A DNA stretch of 59,534 bases, counting the filler, from Ionaspis alba (lineage: Eukaryota): assembly GCA_964255285.1 (NCBI GenBank). It is 9 parts of 9 records of this genome, joined end to end, with 100 filler letters (N's around TTAATTAATTAA, not from the genome) between each part and the next. Parts side by side here need not be neighbours in the genome. Positions count along the whole stretch, not along the records: positions 6,703 to 13,301 come from CAXUUL010000908.1; positions 13,402 to 19,960 come from CAXUUL010000909.1; positions 20,061 to 26,592 come from CAXUUL010000911.1; 6 more parts are not named here. One strand, 5' to 3'. Shown in pieces: positions 11,194 through 22,528 of this stretch. Made by a program: the position numbers and the translations under genes. The notes beneath the pieces were generated by a model, which worked only from the letters and a program-made list of their open reading frames with translations, was not told the origin of the DNA and did not search any database. Each line of letters begins with the position of its first letter. Positions within the stretch are counted from its first letter, which is position 1.

Positions 11194-12894
11194 ATGACCC
11201 AGCGCATCCGACTACACATATCTCCACTGAACGCAGACCTCGTGCATACCTTGCTGCCTCCAGCAATTCTTGCTACGACTAGTAGTATTTCCTATCATAC
11301 AATCGATACTTTCCCGGAACGGAACTACGGCTACGTCGAGCTACCAATCATGGAAGCGGAAAAAATTAAGAAGAAGCTCAACGGTTCAATCTTGAAGGGA
11401 ACAAAGATCAAGATCGAGGAGGCACGTCCAGAGAAGAAAACAAAGACAGCTGCACTGGATGCAACACAAGAAAAAGACGAGCACGAAAAGAAAGCATCGA
11501 AGGCTGGGAAGAAGCGTAAGAGGGAAGAAGGAGTCCTGCTTGGGTACGAGCTATCGGCCGAGCGCAAGGTCAAGCGTGGTTGGACTAAACCTGGGGCATC
11601 TACGAAAGATAGCAAATTAAAGAAGTCGAGCGAAGATAAAAAGGGCAAGAAGGAGAGAAGAGTGAAAACGGTCCCGTCAACTTTCAGTGATGAAGCAGAA
11701 TGTCTTTTCCGAACGAAACTCCCTCCAAACGCCGTGGATATCCCTCAGGCCTCTTCAAAAGGTGTGGAGAAAAGTAAGAAGAGCAAGAAGGGAAAATCGG
11801 ACTCCGAACTTGTGGTACATGAGTTTGCCAATACAACGAAACATCCTAATTTCCTACGGACGAGTCAAGATACGACTGGCAAAAAGGCAGTTGCGGAATA
11901 CGTAGACGACAAGGGTTGGGTTGATAAGGATGGAGCTGTTATAGAACCGGGTTCGCAAACGGAACGCACTCGCAGGGCCACGCGATCAGCCACAAAACCA
12001 TCCCCAGAAAAGCCTATCAAGAAGCACAAATTAGAGGTTACTGTAGTGGAAGAGAACACCTCATCTGAAGGAGCTCCCCCGAACGACGAGGAAGATGCTG
12101 ATGATACATCATCGAGCGGTACCTCCTCATCCTCAGACGATGACGAAGATGAGCATGACAAACAGACAAGCCTGTCAGAAGATGTACCAGCATCATCCGA
12201 AAAGGCTTCCTTTAGCAGCAAATTTCCAATCAGGGAAGTCAGCGAGCTAACTGTCGCGGCCCAAAGCAACAAGGATGCTACTCATGCAGATACAGTACGC
12301 AGCAACGACCGATCCTCCCCCTCACAATCTCCATCCCAAACGACACCTATACCCGAAGTGACAGTTTCTTCCACGGAAGCACCACCAGAAGTTCACCCCC
12401 TCGAAGCTCTTTTCAAGCGCCCAAAGCCGATATCGACAGATACACCCCGCAAACCACCACCGAACCTCGAAGTTAAGACCTCATTCAGCTTCTTCGCACC
12501 AGATAACGATAGCACCGACCCCCCAAACCCACTTATCCCCCAGACTCCATTCACCCAGCGAGATCTTCACTACAGGTCTATGCGCAGCGCTGCACCTACA
12601 CCCGATACAGCTGCTCCTGGGAAGTCTGGGTTTGGAAACTTATGGGGCATCAATGATGACGTCGAGAGTGAAGAGGATACGGGTAAAGAGAAGCAAGATC
12701 GTGACGCTGCGGAAGGCTCTGCAAAGACTACTGGGGCTGGGGAAGAAGGTCAACAACCAGCAGAGAGTGACTTCGCGAAGTGGTTTTGGGAGCACCGGGG
12801 AGAGAACAATCGGGCGTGGAAGAGGAGGAAGCGCGAGGCTGGGAAGGAGAAGAGACAGCGGGAGAATAGAAGGAGGGGAAGGAGTGCTGTTTGA
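11194..12894 (+). CDS. Nucleolar-type protein with N-terminal RRM-like domain (NOL8/Srp40-like)
   Basis: ATG 11194. RLHISPL...YGYVELP..EAEKIKKKLNGSILKGTKIKIEEARP is RRM-like, followed by Lys-rich and acidic Ser tracts and a basic C-terminus (FWEHRGENNRAWKRRKR). Confidence 0.7.
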   Translation: MTQRIRLHISPLNADLVHTLLPPAILATTSSISYHTIDTFPERNYGYVELPIMEAEKIKKKLNGSILKGTKIKIEEARPEKKTKTAALDATQEKDEHEKKASKAGKKRKREEGVLLGYELSAERKVKRGWTKPGASTKDSKLKKSSEDKKGKKERRVKTVPSTFSDEAECLFRTKLPPNAVDIPQASSKGVEKSKKSKKGKSDSELVVHEFANTTKHPNFLRTSQDTTGKKAVAEYVDDKGWVDKDGAVIEPGSQTERTRRATRSATKPSPEKPIKKHKLEVTVVEENTSSEGAPPNDEEDADDTSSSGTSSSSDDDEDEHDKQTSLSEDVPASSEKASFSSKFPIREVSELTVAAQSNKDATHADTVRSNDRSSPSQSPSQTTPIPEVTVSSTEAPPEVHPLEALFKRPKPISTDTPRKPPPNLEVKTSFSFFAPDNDSTDPPNPLIPQTPFTQRDLHYRSMRSAAPTPDTAAPGKSGFGNLWGINDDVESEEDTGKEKQDRDAAEGSAKTTGAGEEGQQPAESDFAKWFWEHRGENNRAWKRRKREAGKEKRQRENRRRGRSAV

Positions 12895-13074
12895 CGAGGT
12901 GTCATTGGCGGTAGTACAGACTCTAATGTATGTATGTATATCAAACTTCAAAAACTGCATTCACTTCCATTCAGCACTATCAGTGCACCGCAAAATCAAC
13001 CACGAGAACCAACTCTACAGAACGCCGCCAACACCTTGCCATCCCGCATGCGCATCATCCACACCCTTCCACTC

Positions 13075-13301
13075 CTACTCCCCCGTATCCGGCCGCCCCT
13101 TCTCCCAGACCCCCGCATCCGCCAAACCCTGCTCCCCCTTCTCAACGTCCTCCGCATCCTTTCCCAAAATAAAATCCCCCAGTCCAGGCCCTTCTGCCAT
13201 CACCTTTCCCGAACCCAGACCTAAACCGATGCTCGCCAACTCCCCCGCCGTGTCGGTAAGGTCGCGTCCTACTTTCGCCGCCGCATTGCTGACGGCATTG
13301 A
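13075..13301 (-). CDS. 3' fragment of an unidentified gene, truncated by contig end
   Basis: Open frame from the linker to TAG at 13077-13075: NAVSNAAAKVGRDLTDTAGELASIGLGLGSGKVMAEGPGLGDFILGKDAEDVEKGEQGLADAGVWEKGRPDTGE. Confidence 0.45.
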
Positions 13302-13401
13302 NNNNNNNNNNNNNNNNNNNNNNNNNNNNNNNNNNNNNNNNNNNNTTAATTAATTAANNNNNNNNNNNNNNNNNNNNNNNNNNNNNNNNNNNNNNNNNNN
13401 N
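13302..13401. other. Artificial contig linker
   Basis: N44-TTAATTAATTAA-N44. Confidence 0.97.
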
Positions 13402-13481
13402 GAGTATCAGTGAGCCAATATGACAAAGATGTCGAACAGAACAGACATCGAACAGAGATGCTCGTAAGGCTTGAGATCGAA

Positions 13482-14750
13482 TCAATGGAATCCACGAGCA
13501 CGTGGACGCGAATAGAGACTATCACTGTACAGACCCCGGTTGTCTCTTTCTCGACCACCATCTCTGCCTCGACCTAGGTCTGGACGCTCCTCTCTGCGAG
13601 TGTCTCTTCCTCGGTTGAAAGCAGAGCCTCTTCCTCTGTCTTGGTACTCTTCTCCAACGTAATTGCGGCGGTCGTTCCGAACATCGTCACCCCGATTATC
13701 ACGATTGGTATCCATATCAACATCCATGCTCTCCTCCCGTGTGTCAAAGCCATAGCTTCCATCTTGGAATTCCGGGTCGGCACGTCTCGCATTGCGATCG
13801 GAGTATCCACGTGGAGTGCCGTAAGATGGTGGAGGATCTACAGTGTCAAGACGAGCTGCTTTTGGCTCCACTGGAATCACTTTTGTAGAGGTAGCAGAGT
13901 GAGCCTCGACAGGAGATACTATTGGGCTTGGTCCTCCTTCTTTCATGTATACGTGTAGCCGTCGCCCGTCAGCCTGTATCTAGTTAGTCTACGTGGTTGC
14001 AAATCTTGAACGGCAGCTTACCAGCTGGTTGTTGAACGCTGCGATGAAGTTCTCGGCACCACTTCTCTCGGTGAAGATCATTTCAGCTATCACAGTAGGC
14101 GTAGAGGTCAGGATCCTGCAGGACTGCATCTCGCCTCCGATAGAACCCGTAGCAGACTCGATATCGGCACTGGTGGTTCTTGGAGCAAAGTTACTACCTA
14201 TTACCACGTATGGTCCCGCCAGACCTCGGATGCGAATCCCTTGTCCAGGCGTTCTGGGCACTTGGGGTAATTCCACGACATCTTGTGATTGTTTAGTTGC
14301 GGTTTTGTCGATGAGTTTACTGTTTCTCGAGAGTCGAGACTTAAGGATTTCCCGTGGTGGCCGGGTCGATCGGTCTGTGAGTAGGTTGTTGAGCTGACGA
14401 GGTGCAGTACCGCTAGGTAGCTTTGGCGCAGAGGATACCGAACGTTTTGTGGCCTTCAAGGTATCTCAGCATATGCTTAAGGCCCTTTCCAGTTGTTCGT
14501 GCGCGGGGAGCGGACCTTTGTGATGCCCACTCTGCTTGCCAAACTAGGTCCAGCACCAGGCTTACGATTACCACCTATCAAGGAGCTACTGGCCCTTCGT
14601 CGCTTTCCAAATATCTCGTTTGCAAGAGCCTCATTCTTTCTCCGCTGACGGGCTTTCGAGGTTAGTACAGTTGTACTTCGAGCTTGACACTGAAAACTGA
14701 CTAGTCTGTATGATATCGTCAAAAGACGGGACGCCATTTCTTGCGGCCAT
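13482..14750 (-). CDS. Fungal RRM-like domain protein with RG-rich C-terminus (exons 14750-14702, 14652-14516, 14453-14022, 13973-13482)
   Basis: Spliced product MAARNGVPSFDDIIQTTRQRRKNEALANEIFG...GPYVVIGSNFAPRTTSADIE...VIAEMIFTERSGAENFIAAFNNQLADGRRLHVYM...RGRG tail. Three frame-consistent GT-AG introns. Confidence 0.8.
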
Positions 14751-15199
14751 TTCATCCACAGATAGAATCAACGGAAGGCGGGTATCAGGTCTTAGGAAAG
14801 TATGGTGCTTGATTTTGTAAAGAAGGAAAGCGCCTTGATCACAATCGTGGTGTGAGTATAATTGTCGCGTTTCATGGCCAAATTTGTGTTAGCGTGTGTT
14901 GACTTACAGGCAGATGCCGTAGGGCTGCTGTTTCCTCATTCACAATTCCATTATTGTCTTTCTTTTTACGTACGACGCTAGATCGATCTGGGTTTCACAT
15001 GCAGAAGGAATACCTCTGCTGTCTCTTTACTCCGTTCTTACCCGCTGAGCTATCGTTTGTAATTTCCTATCATTCATTCAAGTCTTGACCGTCGATGCAG
15101 ACATTCTCCAATTTCAAGTATGCACAAGCAGCTTGAAAATATTCACCGTCTCATTTTCATAGCTCCTTTTTCATCGTCTGTAAAATCTTCCCGAAGATA

Positions 15200-15221
15200 C
15201 TCTCTCTCTCTCTCTCTCTCT
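15200..15221. repeat. (CT)11 microsatellite just upstream of the 1275-aa ORF
   Basis: Seen directly. Confidence 0.9.
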
Positions 15222-15292
15222 GGCATTTCAAGTATCCGGTCCCATTTCAAGGCTCAGACCACTAGTGATCACAAAGGAACCTTTCTGCCAAA

Positions 15293-18200
15293 ATGGCCTT
15301 CATCCGGGCTCGACTGAACAAAGTCTTTGGAGGAATTGACGACACACAGGTTACTCCAACTAGTGATACACAGGAGAAGAAAAGGCAGCAATCTGTGGCT
15401 GTGTCCGTTGCAGATTCTGGCTACGCCAGTGCCGGCATTTCACAAGGCAAGAGCCCAAACAAGCTCTCCCGCCCAGCTACACCGTCTTCTAATCATGCAG
15501 AGGAGGATACAATTCAATCTGCAAAGAGATCCAGCCCCTCCAAGAGCTGGCGTTGCAAGGACTCGCCAAAGAAGAACTCTCTACCGAAGATGGCGTCCAC
15601 CACAATCAAGCTGGTATCCGACACCATTCGAGCCAAAGCTTCCATGTTCTACGTAAGCCCGATACAACCAGAGACGCCTTCACCGGTCAAAGTAGAATCA
15701 CCTACAAAGAGAGACCGTGCAGCTCAATTACTGTCATCCCTTCGAAGTCGAAATTCACGAAACTTCAAGCCTGATCTGAATGATGAAGAACCGGAAATAT
15801 GTCCCATAGTATCTTTCGATATGCCGCATGAGCTTGACGTCGAGATTCCCAACTCGTCTCTGCTCGAACAAACATCCAAGATCACTCGGCAGAGCCCCTT
15901 GAGCTTCCTCATCCCCATCGACAGAAATCCGGACGCCGATCACCAAGCTCACTGCCAGGGACATGGAGGATCTACGGATCCTTTTGTGACCAGACAGCTG
16001 AGCAAAGGTGGTTCGAAGAGCGTGGTACCCACCTCTGCCCCTGCGCTTGTCGACTTGGTAAGGACCACCCCTAGTCCGCCAGATCAGACTTTTCACAATG
16101 TTTCTGCTCCTTCCATCACATCCCAAGCCAAATCGAAAGATGCTATCCTACTACAAGTAGAGGACAAAGGTTATACTACTGATACAGAAAGTAACGGGGA
16201 CGTTTTGACGACGAACGAAAATTCACCTATGAATGCTGCGCCAGTGATTGCTCCTGCTATGGTACAATCGATGTTACCCAAGTCTCTTACTCGTGGATCA
16301 TTGTTCGTTAAAGGTGCCCGGGAGCACAATCGTTCGGGGTCCCCCTCGCCATATAGGCGGGTTTTATTAGGTCATAATACTTCTAGATTTGAGACCGATG
16401 TTCGACCTCTTGTTTCCATTACGAAGACTGACACTACCGGAGGTGCTATGAAAGAGGAGCAGCGGTCATGCACTTCAGCGGGTGGCGATGTTACTCTTCC
16501 GCGTGGTAGGGAGTCCATCCAGCCAGACGATCCTCTCAACACTACTGTCGACAAGAAACAAGAGAGAAAGCGGGAGTTCTCTCGAGGCTATGAGGCAGAT
16601 GGAGAGTCCAGTGCTGACGTGACGGAAAATCCAAGCATGGGATCAAGATTGGAGTGGGAGAAAGTCAGAGCCGACAGGCAAAGGCGATACCAAAAAGTTA
16701 GCAACTTGAGTACCGCGACGGAGGAAGACACAGAGGAGCGTACGGATTTAGAGCTCACACCCTATTCTGACGTATTATCCATGGAATCGCAAAAAGGATT
16801 GACCAATGGTACGGTTGGGGCCATGACTCTGTCAACAGGATCTCCCCAAATCCGGAAAGTTCAGTTCAATGGGTCATCGGAGCTAAAGTCGAAGGATGGA
16901 GAGCTTAATGAGGGCAATCTACAGGACCTCCAGAATTCAGTACCGCAAGGAGAGACTGATACCACTAATATTGAGCGAGCCTTGCAATATGCCATCGAGG
17001 CTGTTGACAGACCCACTGGTGAAGAACTTGTCCAGGAACGTGCAACCCCTTTGTCTGGCAACTGTCCTCTGAGGTATGCTGTGGAAGCTATTGAGCGCAC
17101 GAATGGCCGAGCTCTAGAACAGGAGGAGGCCGAACTGCCACTATCAGCCTCCACCATTCAGCACGTGGTAGAAGCGATCGGCGCATGTAGTAATGACGGT
17201 ATCGAGGCAATAGACGAGGAGAGATCCTACAGTCTACATCACTTTGTCGCCAACAAAGGGCTTTTGAGTGTAGAACCCTTACACGTCAGGAAAACCTCGT
17301 CCCATAGCATCTCCACGACCGATTCTTGCGCGATTACAACCGACAGCGCGCTTCGCTATAGTCCTGACCGAGTTCCAAGCGTTCACGTCCGAACAAGCCC
17401 TGTACGTCGGGCGTCTAGCATCAACGATGAGCTCAATGAGGCACTTAATGTTCAAGAAGACGACTTGCCGATAATGGTTCCTCCACCCGATGCGACAACA
17501 TCTCCATCCTCCGCACACGTCGACCCTTCTAGCGTATTAAGAGTACAGAAAAATGGAGATACTTTCGTCGAGTTGGGAAGCCAGGAAGCTGACCGTGAAT
17601 GTTGGCTCAGACTCATGGTTGAGGTCAAGAAGGATGAGAACTGTAGACCAGATTCGCAACGGCCAGGGTATCTCACTAACAAAAGGAAGACAAGAAATAA
17701 CCCGAAGATGAAGTCGACATCAGAGCTCAATGTCTCTCGAGATCATGGTCTCAGTAACGCAAAACAACATAGCGATCTTAGAACTCCTCACACAACGCGC
17801 AGCTCCCAGGAAGGCTTGGACATGCGAAGTCTTGAAAATCTAAGTCCGCTTGGTGTTTTCCTCAGATTACCAAACGACAAGCCTTGCTCTCCCAGATCAT
17901 CTGGCCAACAGGGCCGCCAACAGATTGAGGACCTCCCATCTCTGCCTTCCAGCGCTGATACTCCGTACCACGATTCTCCGGTCATGATCGATGTAACTTC
18001 TCCAACATCGAGCTGTTCTATACGTCGTCAAGACAAAGTACCAACAACAGAGAATCCTCATCTGCATATCGGAAAGACAAGGAGAGAGATGAAGTTCGAG
18101 TCCCGGCCTTCGACTTCGATTCGCGCAACGCCTGAAGCACCTGTGCTTATTGACGGAGTAGGGAGTAGAACGCTAGATCCTCAACGACTAGTGGCAGAAC

Positions 18201-19340
18201 GGCAGAACCCAGGACAGAGCGTAGACGAAGCTCCAGCCTCTACCCCTCCCACTTCATTGAGGCGAGCGCGAAGAGCGAAAAGAGAATCTGCACGCGGACT
18301 CTCACATCATCTAGCCATGAAAAGGAACATACATGAAATGCTTTTCAAAGAGGAGGATATGAGTCGAGATTTCGTCGCTGCAAGACTACCAGTCTTTAGA
18401 AATTCAACGCCAGCACCAAAGGCTACTCAACTCTGCGGTATGGCCTCCTCAACTCTGGAATTTCTTGGCTCCATTGGTTCTACATCTCCTCCTAGTCTGG
18501 TCTCGAACATTGACGAGTCTAGTTTCATCGGCGGGCTCACCAGAACTATATCTTCAGGATCCAAGAAGGGCCATGGCAGAAATAGATCTTGGGCAATGAG
18601 AGAGAGCAGTTTCGGTGGTGAAGAGTTCACGTATGATGCAGTTGGATCACTGAAGACAGACTTCCAGACTAGCAGTCAGAAGAAAGGCGTCTGGTGGAAC
18701 CGCTGCGTGGCGAGCTTCGACGAGAACGATTCGCCGCTAGTAGGTAAGAATATCGTTGGAGCTTCTGCTAAGAAAGATGACGTGAACGGAGTGGCCCGAG
18801 ATGCTCAGACCTATCCAGGACCGACTGATGACAAGGCGGTCAAGGAAGGCAGATTATCGCTACCACAGCTTCGTTCCAGCATTCCCACAGCAATTCTTTC
18901 AGGCGCTCCGACAGACAATACAGAGAAGGGAAAGGCCAAAGTTCAGTCGACTGACGGACAATCCATAAAGTGCGGCACCCCAGAGCCATCTCCAAGCAAG
19001 CTAACTCCCAATGCACCAGGCACACCAAAGGAGCATCAGGTGAGTCACGCACATACCCTCCACTCTATCGCACCAAAAACTGACATAAACGACCGTGGAG
19101 CAAGACCAAGACGCCGCTGAGCTCTGCGACTTCCTCACCGCACCGCTCTGGATCCAAAGGTCGGAAAAAGCGTTCCAAAGGCAAGCCCCAGTGGAGTCCG
19201 GTCAAGAGCAAGAGATGGTAAATAGATCCGAGGAATCCTGGATTATTGGAACGTTTCCTTTGCCGCGTGCTACCCCACCGCGGGCATCGTCGCGTTTCTT
19301 CTCGAATGGTTCGTGGACTTCCTTTGAGTGTGAGGAGTAG
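15293..19340 (+). CDS. Large hypothetical disordered protein. Ends at 19120 unspliced, or at 19340 if intron 19040-19100 is spliced
   Basis: 3.8-kb ORF. A phase-0 GTGAGT donor at 19040, CTGAC branch at 19080 and AG at 19099-19100 would join ORF 19095-19340 in frame. The GAG acceptor is atypical. Confidence 0.7.
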
Positions 19341-19960
19341 ATTATAGTGCACTGTATGAACTTTGAGGAGGATTTGCTGTGGCTCGCGGAGATTGACTAT
19401 CCTAGTTTCGCTGGGACGATCGACATCTTTATGGAGGACTGTTTTGGCATGCCATGGCTATTGAATTGGGAGCATATGTTGTCGAGGTATTTGCTTTTGT
19501 CTGTTACAACGATGCATTCGCTCATCTCGTTCCTTACATACACCCAATCCACATTGCTTAGTTGCTGCGTATTCTTGCAGTCTCGGTGCCATGCATATCC
19601 TATTTGTACTATAGCTTGCTAGCTGAGTTTTAGTACTATATCCATGATTACATCGATTAAGCCATGCTCCTATTAGCTGTACTGGTCAAGGATGCCCTTG
19701 TGATAAGTGTCCAAGAACAGATCAATATTGGTAGACTTGGTCGAACAACGATGCTCCACAGCATGACAATTAACCTTAATCCTTCCATGTGAAGCGACTT
19801 GTGGTGGAAAAGCTTGGGGATGGTGCTTGACCTCTAGCAAAACTCAGATAAAACGGTTCGCTGGTGCAGTATTTGACCTGCCCTATAGGTCATGAACGAA
19901 TCCTTAGTGATTATGTGGTAGGCTGTATAGACTCATAGCCATAAGATCTGTCTCGACCGA

Positions 19961-20060
19961 NNNNNNNNNNNNNNNNNNNNNNNNNNNNNNNNNNNNNNNN
20001 NNNNTTAATTAATTAANNNNNNNNNNNNNNNNNNNNNNNNNNNNNNNNNNNNNNNNNNNN
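19961..20060. other. Artificial contig linker
   Basis: N44-TTAATTAATTAA-N44. Confidence 0.97.
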
Positions 20061-21429
20061 CAGAGCGAACCTGGGCTAATCACGAGATCAATTTTCAGGA
20101 CTAGCATCTGACATGTAGATTGCTGATAGCTTCAGGTGTTTCCATTTCAAGAAATGCTTTAACCATTGACCACTCAATTGAAACCATCATTCATTTCTTT
20201 TCTATCACACATGGCGTCTCTCCCATCCACCCAGAAGGTTGAAACCTTAGTCCCTTCGCACACTTCTCTATGGAACTTGAAGTACACCGAGCTTTGCCAG
20301 GTCCGGAGAAAGACGACGAGTTTTACAACTGACACATAGAGCAAGGCATATTTCGGAGTTAATGCCTGGGGTTCAATCACAATGATTCATTCTCTGTCGA
20401 TGTCCTGCCAATTGGTAGCAACAGATAGTACTTGAGCAACGCAATCTCTGCAAAAATGATGGGAGATCGGACGACGAAGCTGAAGCAGGAAGCTCCCGAT
20501 GTGGGAACGTTCCCATTGCTGGTGGGAAGGTGGACTGCATCCGAGAATGGCGAACTCCCATCTGCGAATGCTCTAAACACGGCAGCTGCGAAATGCAGCA
20601 ATAGCAAGCACGGAGATAGCAGTGTCCATTACATGTACTGAGAGCAGAGCTGTGGATGGAACAAGCCGGGGAACCAGCAAGTTAGGAAGAGACGAGTTTT
20701 GGTAGAATTGAAGGCCTGGATTTCTACACCTAGCTCGAGAGGTAGGAAGAGGTGAGGAGCAAGGCAGAGGTCAAGGGATGATGCGGTGAAGACGAAGACT
20801 GTCAATACGCAGCAGTGGTTAATGCAAGGTTGTGCATCCTTGGGTAATGACTGGTGTCATGAGCCCACGGTTGGGGGATGGCTTGGGCAAGAGCTGTGTT
20901 GGCTTAATTTGATACAGCATGCATTGAAAGAAATTGTATGGAAAGTAGCAGAGGCAGGAAGTATATAGGATAGGCTAAACAGATCTTCACCCATGTCACA
21001 TAAAATAAGCAGAACTTCAAATGCTTTAAACAGAGCCATTAGCTGCTTGGGGAGCATGATCGATCTCTTGGTCACTGTATAGACTCTTCAAAAAGCTTAG
21101 AGTGGACACCTTTTTGTAATTTGCACTCGACAATGATAATTTACAATCTGTGACCAACAAAAAAACCCTTCGGATCTGCAACCCGCTCCAATTATGCAGC
21201 ACAATCTCCCATCGTAGAAGAGTAGCCTGAAAGGAAAAGAGGGTTCGTCGATTTTCAATTACATCCCGTTTCGGCATTCTCAACCACCAGCTATTTCCCT
21301 GCAACGTCTTCCTATCCTCCTTTTTGTTCAACATCTCTCCTCCTGGTTCCAGCCGCCTAAATATGGACTACACCATGATTTGCGAGCAAGGCATAAATTT
21401 GGCATCGGTGTAGTCCAATGGAGAGACGC

Positions 21430-22528
21430 TTACGCGCCCTCGTCATCCTCGCCAACGCGGATGCTGCCGTCCTTTCCGATACCATTGGCCCAGAATCCTT
21501 CAACCGTGAGGGAGCTGTGGAAATTAGCACCCGATATCTATCAATTTCTGTACGTGACTTACGTTGATGGCATGGCGTCATGGGTGAACAAGAGCCAGAA
21601 GCCGAAGACCGGCTTGGCGAGCACGTCAAGGACAGCATAGGAGATGATTTCGCCGTTGACGCTGATGTTGCGGGATCCGTCGGCAATACCCCAAACACTA
21701 CAGTAGGTGTTAGTGTTGGATGGTTTAGACTGGAGATACAAGACTTACACTGGGTAGAGAGTCCAGAGGATGAGAGTGAAACCAGCAATGGCCTGGAAGA
21801 AAGTGCCGGTCTTAGAGTCCTTGGACATTGCCATAGCACGGCCGTGAACGGCGAGCTGGTAGACAACGACGAGGTAGGCGGCGCAAGCCATGGCGTAGTA
21901 TCCCCACTTAGTTCCCTCATTGGTGCCGAAGGCAGCGAAGAGGCCGGTAAGGATCATGATGAGATCGGCCACGACGGCGACGAGAATGCTGGCGCCATTC
22001 AAGCCCGCAAGGAGGGCAAGATCCAAAAGTAGGAGTGGGGTGGTGACGCTCCAGTCGACGTAACGAGCCCAGTAGACCTCACGCTCGACAGTGTAGGAGG
22101 TATCGGGGGTGTGCTTGTGGGATTCCTTGACGAGGGTGGAGTTCATTGAGATGCCGTCACCGGAGGCCATGGCGAAGTAGGAGATGGTCGCGAAGGTGGT
22201 GATGAAGGCAGTCAAGATGTGGAACATGCGTTTTTGCTGGGATGGATTTAGTCGTTGGAAACCAATGGGTAAGCTTGGTGAACGAATGAAGATTACTTAC
22301 CACTGGGACACGGAAAGCCATGGCATAGAAAGCGATCGACGCAACAAACATGATCACGAAGACAACCCTGATGTCGTGTCAACGAGTCAACCATGACAGT
22401 GAAGGTGAAGGTGAGTGTTACCATAGTGTACGCTTTCCAGCATCACCGGCAGCCTCGATCTCAGGAGTGCTGGTGGGAATAACGGTTGGAATTGGTGCAA
22501 CGGACGTAGCCTTAATAAGAGCCTCCAT
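21430..22528 (-). CDS. nop-1: Fungal microbial (type I) rhodopsin, Leptosphaeria-rhodopsin/NOP-1 clade, DTD motif, 293 aa (exons 22528-22422, 22367-22301, 22236-21749, 21697-21563, 21514-21430)
   Basis: Helix C WARYVDWSVTTPLLLLDLALLAG. Helix G YAVLDVLAKPVFGFWLL carries the Schiff-base Lys. Also LWTLYPVVWGIADG and C-terminus GFWANGIGKDGSIRVGEDDEGA. The exons sum to 882 nt in frame with four GT-AG introns. Confidence 0.95.
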
